Source of the DNA: Propionibacteriaceae bacterium
GTDB taxonomy: Bacteria > Actinomycetota > Actinomycetes > Propionibacteriales > Propionibacteriaceae
DNA length: 64,000 bases
Direction of reading: 5' to 3'
NCBI GenBank assembly: GCA_036524735.1
Contig: DATDBS010000075.1
Location: forward strand, 9,884 to 73,883
A program made the position numbers and the translations under genes. Within the stretch, counting starts at the first letter, position 1; every line of letters begins with the position of its first letter. Below are positions 13,197-21,334 of this stretch, in pieces. Below the pieces are notes generated by a model. The model searched no databases. It was not told the origin of the DNA and saw only the letters and a list, made by a program, of their open reading frames with translations.

Positions 13197-14609
13197 ATGG
13201 GCAGCGACGTCGACGGTGCCGTACGCGACCAGCTCGAGTCGTTGCTGGCCACGGCGATGGCGCTCACGGGTTCCGCGGCGGCGGCGAGCGCGCTGGTCGG
13301 TGAGGTCGTCGTCCGAGCGCGTGACCGGCGGGTCTCGGTCGATCTCGACGATCCCGGCCCCGGCCTGCGCAACCTGCTCGTCCAGCGGTTCGTGGCGACT
13401 CGCGATCCGAAGATGGCGGCGGCCGACGATATCGACGACGCCGGAGGGCTGAGCGACCGCTTGGTTCGCCTGAGCCGTGTGCAGCGCGCCATCGCGGTCC
13501 TCGCCTGGCGGGACAGGCTGACCCACGCGGAGATCGCCGGCATCCTCGATCGACCGGTCGCGACCGTTTCCCGACAGCTCGACGAGGCCCACACCGGCTT
13601 GGGTGCGGAGCCGTACGAGGTCGCCGCGGTCTTGGATCAACTGGCCTGGTCCGCCCCGGAGCCGACCACCGTCCGGGCGGAAGCGACGGCGTACGGGCGT
13701 CGGCGCCGCGCGGGCCGCCGTCGGGTCGCCGGTCTGACCACCGTGCTCGTTGCCGTCGTCGCCCTGGGGTTGACCGTTCCGACCCTGATCGTCCCGCGGT
13801 TGTTCCCGACGTACGCCCGCACGGCGGGCGACTGGGTCTACAGCTTCGATCTGGTCCTGCCCCCGGGATACCGGATCGCCTATCGCTACCTCACCTCTGA
13901 CACCGACGCGGCGTTCGTGGTCCGTGACGGTGACCGGGAGGGCGGCTGCAGCGTGGCGGTCGGGGTGGCCGGTGATGTCGTCGTACCCACCGAACGCCGG
14001 GTGGACGTGAACGGCCGACGGGGCTACTGGGGTACCAGCGAGGACGGCGAGGTCCAGCTCCGCTGGGCCCGGGGCAAGGCTACCGCCGCCGTCACCTGCG
14101 ACAACGGCTTGCCCTCTGAAGCCCAGATGCTCGAGCTGGCCCGCCTGGTGCGCTTTCGGGAGTCCGCTTTGCTGCTGCCGTTTCGCCTGGACAGCCTGCC
14201 GGTCGGCCTACAGGTCTCCGCGGTCGGCACCTCACGGCTCGGCGGGCCGGCCGAGGACGACGCGACGACCGGTCTCGCCCTGGGCCCGGCCGACCAGGAC
14301 GCCGGGTCGGCCGACGGTGACGGTGACGACCAGGTCTACTTCGAGGTGCCCCACGCGCGCCCCGAAGGTGACGACGTCCGCTCCGTCCGCGTCGGTGCGG
14401 TGGAGGCCCTGCTCACGTCCGAAGGGGACCAGTACACCCTGTGCCTGCCCTCAGGCGAGGCGTACGGCTGCTTCTTCACCTGGAACGGAGACGGCAGCGG
14501 GCGTGGACAGGTCCGCCGGCTGATGGATCTCGCGTCACGGACCACCCTGACCGCCGACCTCGACGACCGCAGCACCTGGTGGAACGCGCGCGACGCTATG
14601 CCGCACTGA
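13197..14609 (+). CDS. ECF sigma-like N-terminus (degenerate region 2, region 4 HTH) fused to a TM helix and an extracytoplasmic domain
   Basis: LSRVQRAIAVLAWRDRLTHAEIAGILDRPVATVSRQL is sigma4-like; an Arg cluster precedes TM VAGLTTVLVAVVALGLTVPTLIV; the ~260-aa C-terminal domain has two Cys pairs. Confidence 0.7.
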   Translation: MGSDVDGAVRDQLESLLATAMALTGSAAAASALVGEVVVRARDRRVSVDLDDPGPGLRNLLVQRFVATRDPKMAAADDIDDAGGLSDRLVRLSRVQRAIAVLAWRDRLTHAEIAGILDRPVATVSRQLDEAHTGLGAEPYEVAAVLDQLAWSAPEPTTVRAEATAYGRRRRAGRRRVAGLTTVLVAVVALGLTVPTLIVPRLFPTYARTAGDWVYSFDLVLPPGYRIAYRYLTSDTDAAFVVRDGDREGGCSVAVGVAGDVVVPTERRVDVNGRRGYWGTSEDGEVQLRWARGKATAAVTCDNGLPSEAQMLELARLVRFRESALLLPFRLDSLPVGLQVSAVGTSRLGGPAEDDATTGLALGPADQDAGSADGDGDDQVYFEVPHARPEGDDVRSVRVGAVEALLTSEGDQYTLCLPSGEAYGCFFTWNGDGSGRGQVRRLMDLASRTTLTADLDDRSTWWNARDAMPH

Positions 14610-14668
14610 CTCCGCAGAACACCCCACGGCGTGCGTCCGCATGCTCGCCCAGGTTGAGGGACGCAGAC

Positions 14669-14701
14669 GGCTGGTGGACCGTAGATGAACACTAGGTGAA
14701 C
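14669..14701 (-). promoter_or_regulatory. Putative PHO box (three 11-nt direct repeat units) upstream of pit
   Basis: Minus strand reads GTTCACCTAGT-GTTCATCTACG-GTCCACCAGCC, matching the Streptomyces PhoP unit G(G/T)TCAYYYR(G/C)G with exact 11-nt periodicity. Confidence 0.6.
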
Positions 14702-14762
14702 CCCTGCGCCTGAGGGGGTTCTCAGATGGCGCCCAGGGTCCTCTCGGACGCACGATTCTGGG

Positions 14763-15962
14763 GTGACCGAAGCACTCTTCATTCTGGCCATCGTCATCGT
14801 GACCGCACTGGCCTTCGACTTCACCAACGGTTTCCACGACACCGCCAACGCGATGGCCACGTCCATCGCCACCGGTGCCCTCAAGCCCAAGGCTGCCGTG
14901 GCCCTGTCGGCCGCGCTGAACCTCATCGGCGCTTTCCTGAGCATCGAGGTCGCCCTCACCGTGACGAACAAGGTGGTGGCGATTCAAGGGACCAACGGAG
15001 CGCCGATACCCGCGCTGATGGGCGTCCCGATCCTCACCATCGTGTTCGCCGGCCTGGTGGGTGGAATCCTCTGGAACCTGATCACCTGGCTCCTGGGCTT
15101 GCCGTCCTCGTCCTCGCACGCTCTGTTCGGTGGCCTGATCGGGTCGGCCATCGCCGCACTCGGCTTCGGTGGCGTCAAGTGGGACGGCGTGATCTCCTCG
15201 ATCCTCCTGCCTGCTCTGTTCGCCCCCGTCGTCGCTGGCCTGGTGGCCGCGATCGGCACCTGGATCGTCTTCAAGATCACCGCGAACATCGCCGTCAACA
15301 GCCGTGAGAAGGGGTTCCGCTGGGGCCAGATCGGCTCCGCCTCGCTGGTCTCGCTGGCCCACGGCACGAACGACGCGCAGAAGACGATGGGCGTCATCAC
15401 CCTCGCCCTGATCGCGTACGGCAGCTGGACCGCAGGCCAAGGCATTCCGCTCTGGGTCAAGATCCTCTGCGCCGTCGCCATCGCCTCCGGCACCTACGTC
15501 GGTGGTTGGCGGGTCATCCGCACCCTCGGTAAGGGTCTCGTCGAAATCTCGTCGCCGCAGGGCATGGCCGCCGAGGCCGCGTCCGCGGCGATCATCCTGT
15601 CCTCCAGCCACCTCGGCCTGGCCCTGTCCACGACGCACGTGGCGACCGGCTCGATCCTCGGCTCGGGAGTCGGCAAGCCCGGCGCCCAGGTGCGTTGGGG
15701 CGTGGCCGGCCGGATGCTGGTCGCCTGGGTGACCACGCTGCCGGCCGCCGCCGTCGTCGGCGCCCTCTGCTGGTTCGTCGCCGACGGAGTCGGTGGACCG
15801 ATCGGGATCTCGCTGGTCTTCCTGGTCCTGGTGGCGACCGCCGGCCTGATCTTCCGCCGCTCGCGGAAGAGCCCGATCGACCCCAACAACGTCAACGACG
15901 AGTGGGAAGGCGGACTGGCCCCGGCCGAGGGCGCCCTCGCCAAATCGCCCGTCAACGTCTGA
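14763..15962 (+). CDS. pitA: Inorganic phosphate transporter, PiT family
   Basis: FDFTNGFHDTANAMATSI, GLPSSSSHAL, AHGTNDAQKTMG, LSTTHVATGSI. Confidence 0.93.
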   Translation: MTEALFILAIVIVTALAFDFTNGFHDTANAMATSIATGALKPKAAVALSAALNLIGAFLSIEVALTVTNKVVAIQGTNGAPIPALMGVPILTIVFAGLVGGILWNLITWLLGLPSSSSHALFGGLIGSAIAALGFGGVKWDGVISSILLPALFAPVVAGLVAAIGTWIVFKITANIAVNSREKGFRWGQIGSASLVSLAHGTNDAQKTMGVITLALIAYGSWTAGQGIPLWVKILCAVAIASGTYVGGWRVIRTLGKGLVEISSPQGMAAEAASAAIILSSSHLGLALSTTHVATGSILGSGVGKPGAQVRWGVAGRMLVAWVTTLPAAAVVGALCWFVADGVGGPIGISLVFLVLVATAGLIFRRSRKSPIDPNNVNDEWEGGLAPAEGALAKSPVNV

Positions 15963-15990
15963 CCCGGCTCCGCAGAACCAGGAGACTCAC

Positions 15991-16257
15991 ATGGACATCC
16001 TTCTCAAAGCCCTCAGCGCCCTCTGGCAGGTCGCCCTCGCAGGTATCCTCCTCGGCGCCGGCATCCCGGCCCTGTTCGCCCTCGGCATGAAGTCGCTGTC
16101 GGCCAACCGCCAGCTCGCCGCCGATGGTGTCGAGTACGCCACCGCCCCCACCGGAGCCGGTCGGACGGGTGCTGTGATCCTGTTCGGGATCTGCCTGCTC
16201 GCCGTGCTCTTCGGCATCGTCGTCATCGTGTTCGGCAAGCAGATGTTCGGAAAGTGA
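15991..16257 (+). CDS. Small two-TM membrane protein of the pit operon
   Basis: AGGAG RBS; LLGAGIPALFALG; two hydrophobic helices; the usual position after actinobacterial pitA. Confidence 0.8.
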   Translation: MDILLKALSALWQVALAGILLGAGIPALFALGMKSLSANRQLAADGVEYATAPTGAGRTGAVILFGICLLAVLFGIVVIVFGKQMFGK

Positions 16258-16261
16258 TCTG

Positions 16262-16609
16262 ATGACCGCCACCGATCAGAACACCGTCGCAGTCCGGGTC
16301 CTGAACTGGCTCGAGGCCGGCTACCCCGACGGGGTTCCGCGCCAGGACCGCTTCCCGCTCATCGCGCTGCTGCAGCGTCGACTCACCGAGGAGCAGACCC
16401 TGACCTGCATCACCGAGCTCACGGCACCCCGGGCCCGGGCGTTGCGCGGTGAAGAGCCCATCACCGGCGACGACCCGATCACGGCGGACGAGATCCACGC
16501 GCTGGTCGAGCGTCAGGTTCGCGAGACGCCCTCTCCTGACGACGTACGCCGGGTCTCGGCTCGACTGGCAGCAGCGGGTTGGCCGTTGGCCGACGACTTC
16601 GAGGGGTAG
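16262..16609 (+). CDS. DUF3349 family protein (copy 1)
   Basis: WLEAGYPDGVPRQDRFPLIALLQRRL...RVSARLAAAGWPL. Confidence 0.85.
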   Translation: MTATDQNTVAVRVLNWLEAGYPDGVPRQDRFPLIALLQRRLTEEQTLTCITELTAPRARALRGEEPITGDDPITADEIHALVERQVRETPSPDDVRRVSARLAAAGWPLADDFEG

Positions 16610-16653
16610 GACCCCGTTGACCGAACGCTCGACCACAGACTGAGGAGATCCCG

Positions 16654-16956
16654 ATGAGTTTGGGCACCTGGGTCTCCTCAGTCATCGGTTGGCTCCGCGC
16701 CGGCTATCCCGAGGGCATCCCCGAGGCGGACTACATCCCGCTGGTGGCCGTACTGGCCCGACGGCTGAGCACCGACCAGATCCGCGAAATCACAGGCGAA
16801 CTCGTCCGGATGGGTTCGCTCCCGATCGACAACATCGACATCGGCACGGTGATCACCAAGGTCACCAACGAGCTGCCCCGGGAGGAGGACGTCACCCGGG
16901 TCCGCTCCAAGCTCGCCCTCGGGGGGTGGCCGCTGGCCGACCCGCGCGCGGTCTGA
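16654..16956 (+). CDS. DUF3349 family protein (copy 2)
   Basis: WLRAGYPEGIPEADYIPLVAVLARRL...RVRSKLALGGWPL; GAGGAG RBS. Confidence 0.88.
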   Translation: MSLGTWVSSVIGWLRAGYPEGIPEADYIPLVAVLARRLSTDQIREITGELVRMGSLPIDNIDIGTVITKVTNELPREEDVTRVRSKLALGGWPLADPRAV

Positions 16957-16988
16957 CCCCCGCCTCACCACCCTCACCCACCACCCGA

Positions 16989-17043
16989 AACTGGCGACAG
17001 ATCCGGGGTTTTCGTTCGCGGAAACCCTGAACTGGCGCCAGTT
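16989..17043. repeat. Long imperfect palindrome between convergent genes (bidirectional terminator or REP-like)
   Basis: aactggcgacag...ggggttttcg pairs with cggaaaccct...ctggcgccagtt. Confidence 0.6.
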
Positions 17044-17060
17044 AGAGGTTCTGAGGAGGG

Positions 17061-18725
17061 CTACTGGCCGGGTTGGCGGGAGCTGGCGGACTTGGTGGTC
17101 CGGAGCAGCCGGGCCAGGCCGGCCCGGGTGGCGACGACGGCGAGGCGGTCGTTGCCCGAGAGCTCGTGGTCGGCGTGGCCCCACTCCCACGACGATCCGG
17201 TGTGCGGGGCCCAGGCCAGGATCTTCGAGGCGCCGTCTTCCTCGAGCTCGCGGATCATCTTCCCGGGTGCCGCTGAGCTCGGGTTGACGGTGATCTCGGT
17301 GAACAACAGCACCCGCCGACCGATGGGGAAGATGACTTCACGACGCCGACCCAGGGCGGCCGCGGCGAAGGCCGGTGCGGTCAGCATGGACACGCTCCGG
17401 GTCGGACCGAGCTGCAGCCGGCGCTCGACCCGGTTGGCGAGGTCGTGGTCGAAGAGACGGGCGACGACGCGTACGCCGGGGTTGACGTTCTTGGCCACCA
17501 GTGCGATCTCCAGGTTGACGGCCTCGTCGTCGGTCACCGCCAGCACGGCGTCGGCCCGGGCGATGCCGGCGATCTCCTGCGCGGACGCGTCGCCCGCCAT
17601 GGCCACGATCACGGGGATCTTGAGCTGGCGGGCCCGCAACACCCCCGGTGCGTCCTCGCGGGACTCGATGGCGACGACCGGCACCCCCCGAGCCTTCAGC
17701 CGCTCGGCGACCGAGGTGCCGATCCGGCCCAGCCCACAGACCACGACGTGGTGCCGGGGCTTGCCGCGTACGCCGCCGGTGATGGCCGCGAGCCGGGCAC
17801 TGATCAGCGCGTCCACGATCACGGCCGTGATACCCGCGGACAGGACCAGACCGAAGAGCTGGATCACGACGGCCCCGAACCGGAACGGGATGGGCAGGCT
17901 GCCCAGGTCCCCGTCGCCGGTGGCCGTGGAGGCCGTCAGGGCGAGGTAGAGCGAGGCCAGCCAGCCGTTGCCGCCGAAGTGGAAGTAAAGAGTGCTGAGC
18001 ACGATCAGGATGATCAGCCCCGTGACCACCAACCGGGCTCGACGGTCGAACATCCGGGTGACCGCTCCCACGATGCCGCTCTGTCGGGCGACGCTCTCGG
18101 GTCGGCCGATCAGCTCGGTGCCGAGGATGACGTCGCCACCGCTGCGGGGCAGCACGGCGTCGATGCCGACCAGCCGGGAGTCCCCGATCACGGCCAGCTC
18201 CGTGCCACCGACCCGGCCGCGGGGGCCGGCGGCGACGAAGCGCCCACCGATCTCGAAGGTCTGGGTATCGGCGGTGGCCAGCGCCGCCGCGACGAACACG
18301 GGTGCGGCGAGCTCCGCCGAGGACAGCAGGGTGCAGTCCCCGATCAGCTCGGTCAGCTTGCCGCCGAGCTGGGGGTTGCTCATCTCGATGACCAGCCGCA
18401 GCCCCGGCGCCAGCTCCTCCAGCATCAGAGCCAGGCGGACGGCGCGCACGTCGTCGTCACCGAGGATGACCGCCGATTTGGCGCGGTCCACCCCCGCAGC
18501 CCGGAGATCCGCGTCGCGGACCGGGTGAGCGTGGACGACGGTGACCCCGAGGGCGGTGACGTCGGCGACCACCTCGACCGGAGCCGAAGCCTGGGCCAGC
18601 ACGAGGACCTGCTCGCCGGCCCGGGTCAGCTCTTCGACCAACCGTACTGTCGTGGTGTCGGCACCGATGACGATGACGTGGTTCTCAGGCGCCCCACGGT
18701 CGTCCGGCGGCTCCATGGCTGCCAT
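17061..18725 (-). CDS. Two-TM cation channel with RCK/TrkA_N domains on both sides
   Basis: N-terminal Rossmann-like RCK, TM-pore-TM (LYLALTASTATGDGD), second RCK VVCGLGRIG, then TrkA_C. Start may be ATG 18716 (TACGAT + 7 nt). Confidence 0.85.
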   Translation of the reverse strand: MAAMEPPDDRGAPENHVIVIGADTTTVRLVEELTRAGEQVLVLAQASAPVEVVADVTALGVTVVHAHPVRDADLRAAGVDRAKSAVILGDDDVRAVRLALMLEELAPGLRLVIEMSNPQLGGKLTELIGDCTLLSSAELAAPVFVAAALATADTQTFEIGGRFVAAGPRGRVGGTELAVIGDSRLVGIDAVLPRSGGDVILGTELIGRPESVARQSGIVGAVTRMFDRRARLVVTGLIILIVLSTLYFHFGGNGWLASLYLALTASTATGDGDLGSLPIPFRFGAVVIQLFGLVLSAGITAVIVDALISARLAAITGGVRGKPRHHVVVCGLGRIGTSVAERLKARGVPVVAIESREDAPGVLRARQLKIPVIVAMAGDASAQEIAGIARADAVLAVTDDEAVNLEIALVAKNVNPGVRVVARLFDHDLANRVERRLQLGPTRSVSMLTAPAFAAAALGRRREVIFPIGRRVLLFTEITVNPSSAAPGKMIRELEEDGASKILAWAPHTGSSWEWGHADHELSGNDRLAVVATRAGLARLLRTTKSASSRQPGQ

Positions 18726-18788
18726 CGTAGGGGCCGGGCAGGGCGACTCGGGCCAGAACTGTCAGAGGGTCGCCGTAGCGTGTTGGAC

Positions 18789-19508
18789 ATGACCTCATCA
18801 CTGAACTTCGTTCTCGTGCCCGGTTTCTGGCTGGGCGGTTGGGCCTGGGACGCCGTCGCCCAACACCTCACGGCCGCGGGTCACCGGGTGACCGCGGTGA
18901 CCCTGCCGGGGCTGGAGCCGGATTCCGAGCGGCGCGCTGAAATCGGCTGGAGCGAGCAGGTGGCGGCGCTGCGCGACACGGTCGCCAAGGCCGGCAGCGG
19001 GGTCGTGCTGGTCGCGCACAGTGGCGCCGGGTCGGTCGCCTCCGGGGTTCTCGACGCCGAGCCAGACCTGGTCAGCCGCGTCGTCTACGTGGACAGCGGA
19101 CCCGCCTCAGATGGCTCGGTGTACGACGCCGAGGCCTCACCGGACGTCATCGAGGTCCCGTTGCCCCCGTTCGACGAGCTGGCCGCGGGCGGAGCCAGCC
19201 TGGACGGGATCAGCGACGAGGCGTTGGCGGAGTTCCGCCGACGGGCGGTGCCTCAGCCCGGGCACGTGACCACGGACCGGGTCGTGCTCGACGATCTACG
19301 GCGGCGCGACGTGCCGACCACGCTGATCGCCTGCTCCTTCCCGGCGGCGATGGTGCAGCAGCTCGCCGCCGAGGGACACCCCATGTTCGCCGAGGTCGCC
19401 GAGTTGAGCGATCTCAACTATCTCGAGCTCTCCACCGGTCATTGGCCTATGTTCTCCCGTCCCGAGGAGCTGGCCGGGTTGCTGGTCGAGGCCGCAACGG
19501 GTGTGTGA
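18789..19508 (+). CDS. Alpha/beta hydrolase (esterase-like)
   Basis: LVPGFWLGGWAW, AHSGAG nucleophile elbow, TGHWPMFSRP. Start ATG 18789 lies within track ORF 17445..19508. Confidence 0.88.
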   Translation: MTSSLNFVLVPGFWLGGWAWDAVAQHLTAAGHRVTAVTLPGLEPDSERRAEIGWSEQVAALRDTVAKAGSGVVLVAHSGAGSVASGVLDAEPDLVSRVVYVDSGPASDGSVYDAEASPDVIEVPLPPFDELAAGGASLDGISDEALAEFRRRAVPQPGHVTTDRVVLDDLRRRDVPTTLIACSFPAAMVQQLAAEGHPMFAEVAELSDLNYLELSTGHWPMFSRPEELAGLLVEAATGV

Positions 19509-19535
19509 GCCGGGAGGGCGGCGTCGGTCCGTCGG

Positions 19536-20783
19536 TCAGCGCGAACCGGTCGCGGTGCCTGAGGGTTGCGGAGTGCCCGTGGTCTCGGCCCGAGTCCGAC
19601 CCGACCAGCCGATCAGCGTTGCGGCCACTCCGATCGCCACGATGATCGGCGATCCGATCTCGAGCGCGCGCTGCAGACCGCCCGTCGTGGCGATGGCGCC
19701 GAGCCCGAGCGCAGCGGCGGCCTGCACCAGGTAGCCGACCGAGTACGCCGCGGAGAGGATCGCTCCGCGGTGGTGGGCGGGCGCGTTGGCGCTGACCAAA
19801 CCGAGCCCGCCGGCGAAGAGGAGGCTGTACGCGATGCCTGAGACCACCGCGGAGGCCAGGAACAACCACAGCGACGAGGCGAGACCTGCGCCGACGATCA
19901 AGGCGAATCCGACCACGCCCGTCGCCGTACCTGCAGCCATGGCCTTCGGCGGATCCACCCTGCGGGCGAGGACGGCAACGAGCCCGATGACGACGGCCGA
20001 GACCGAGATGACGGCTCCGTCGAGCAGGGCGTTAGCCGAGTCCAGCAGATCTCGGGCGATCTGCGCGCCCAGGGCCAGGAAGATGGCCCCGCTCGCAAAG
20101 GCGGCGGCGATGCCGAGCGTCCCGCCGATGAACGGAGCTCGGATCCCCCGGGGCACGTGCAGGGTGCGCGGCCGCCAGGGACCCACCGTCTCGGCACGCG
20201 TGTGACGGGGCAGGAACCAGACGGCCACCCCCGTCGCGAGCACGACGACCAGCAGCACCCAGAAGTTCAGGTGCATCGGCGCCGGCGCGTACTGCACCAG
20301 AGCGCCGCCGACCAGGGTCGCCAGGGCCAGCCCGGTCGCGGTTGCGGCCGTGGTCGTCGAGCTGGCCCGGGCGGCGGCGTTCGGATCCGACGGGTTCGCC
20401 AACGCGCCGAACTCGATCATCGCGGCGGTTGCCGGGCTCAGAGCCAAGCCCACGCCGACCCCGGTCATCGCACGACCGACGAGCACCCAGCCCAGGTTGG
20501 GAGCCAGACCCAAAGCCAGCGCACCGGCGGCCAGGGCTGCGAGGCCGAGCAGGATCGCCGCCCGGCGACCGATCACGTCGGACAGGTTGCCGAAGATCAG
20601 CAGCACCGGGATGAGGGCGACCGGATAGATGGCGAAGATCGCCGTGGTGACGGTGGGGGTCAGGTCCCAGGCTCGGGCGTACAGCGGGTAGCTGACGCTA
20701 GGTGCGGCGCTCCCCCACAGGACAAGACCGGCCACCACGGCGGCGACCCAGAAGCTGGCTCGTGCGGTGAGTGGCTTGGACAT
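19536..20783 (-). CDS. MFS transporter
   Basis: Motif A GNLSDVIGRR; about 12 hydrophobic helices. Confidence 0.92.
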   Translation of the reverse strand: MSKPLTARASFWVAAVVAGLVLWGSAAPSVSYPLYARAWDLTPTVTTAIFAIYPVALIPVLLIFGNLSDVIGRRAAILLGLAALAAGALALGLAPNLGWVLVGRAMTGVGVGLALSPATAAMIEFGALANPSDPNAAARASSTTTAATATGLALATLVGGALVQYAPAPMHLNFWVLLVVVLATGVAVWFLPRHTRAETVGPWRPRTLHVPRGIRAPFIGGTLGIAAAFASGAIFLALGAQIARDLLDSANALLDGAVISVSAVVIGLVAVLARRVDPPKAMAAGTATGVVGFALIVGAGLASSLWLFLASAVVSGIAYSLLFAGGLGLVSANAPAHHRGAILSAAYSVGYLVQAAAALGLGAIATTGGLQRALEIGSPIIVAIGVAATLIGWSGRTRAETTGTPQPSGTATGSR

Positions 20784-20815
20784 GGGACTCCCGGTGGTGG
20801 TCGGTCCCGAAGGAT

Positions 20816-20865
20816 CTGAGTTGGTTTGGCCAATCTAGCATTCTGGATATGTTTTTCCTATCCAG
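20816..20865. promoter_or_regulatory. Two 7-9-7 inverted repeats, candidate HxlR operators
   Basis: Perfect CTGGATA-N9-TATCCAG at 20843-20865; imperfect CTGAGTT-N9-AATCTAG at 20816-20838; located between the divergent MFS and hxlR genes. Confidence 0.55.
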
Positions 20866-20884
20866 GTTCGGCTACCCTGGCGTG

Positions 20885-21331
20885 ATGGTCACCACGTCGC
20901 CCGCCGCGTCCCCGTGCCCGATCGCCCGCAGCCTCGCGGTGCTCGGTGAGCGGTGGACCCTGCTCGTGGTGCGCGAGGCCTTCTCCGGGCGCACCCGGTT
21001 CGCTGACTTTCGCGCCCAGCTCGGGATCGCGCCCGACGTCTTGACCGACCGGCTGCAGACACTGGTCGAGTTCGGCATCCTCGAACGCCGCGCCTACCGG
21101 GAGGAGCGCCAGCGGGAGCGCACCGAGTACGTGCTGACCCCGGCTGGCCGCGATCTCACCCCGGTGCTGGCCTCATTGGCCGGCTGGGGTCGTGATCATC
21201 TCCCGGCCGAGCGCTTCTCGACCAGTCGGTTCGTGGAGATCGCCACGGACAACCCGGTCCGGCTCACCTTCGTCGACGGCCAGGACCGACCGATCCCCGC
21301 GGCCGAGGTCGCCCTCGTCCAGGCGTCCTGA
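20885..21331 (+). CDS. HxlR-family winged-helix transcriptional regulator
   Basis: CPIARSLAVLGERWTLLVVRE...RF..F...LGIAPDVLTDRL...EYVLTPAGRDL. Confidence 0.9.
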   Translation: MVTTSPAASPCPIARSLAVLGERWTLLVVREAFSGRTRFADFRAQLGIAPDVLTDRLQTLVEFGILERRAYREERQRERTEYVLTPAGRDLTPVLASLAGWGRDHLPAERFSTSRFVEIATDNPVRLTFVDGQDRPIPAAEVALVQAS

Positions 21332-21334
21332 CCC

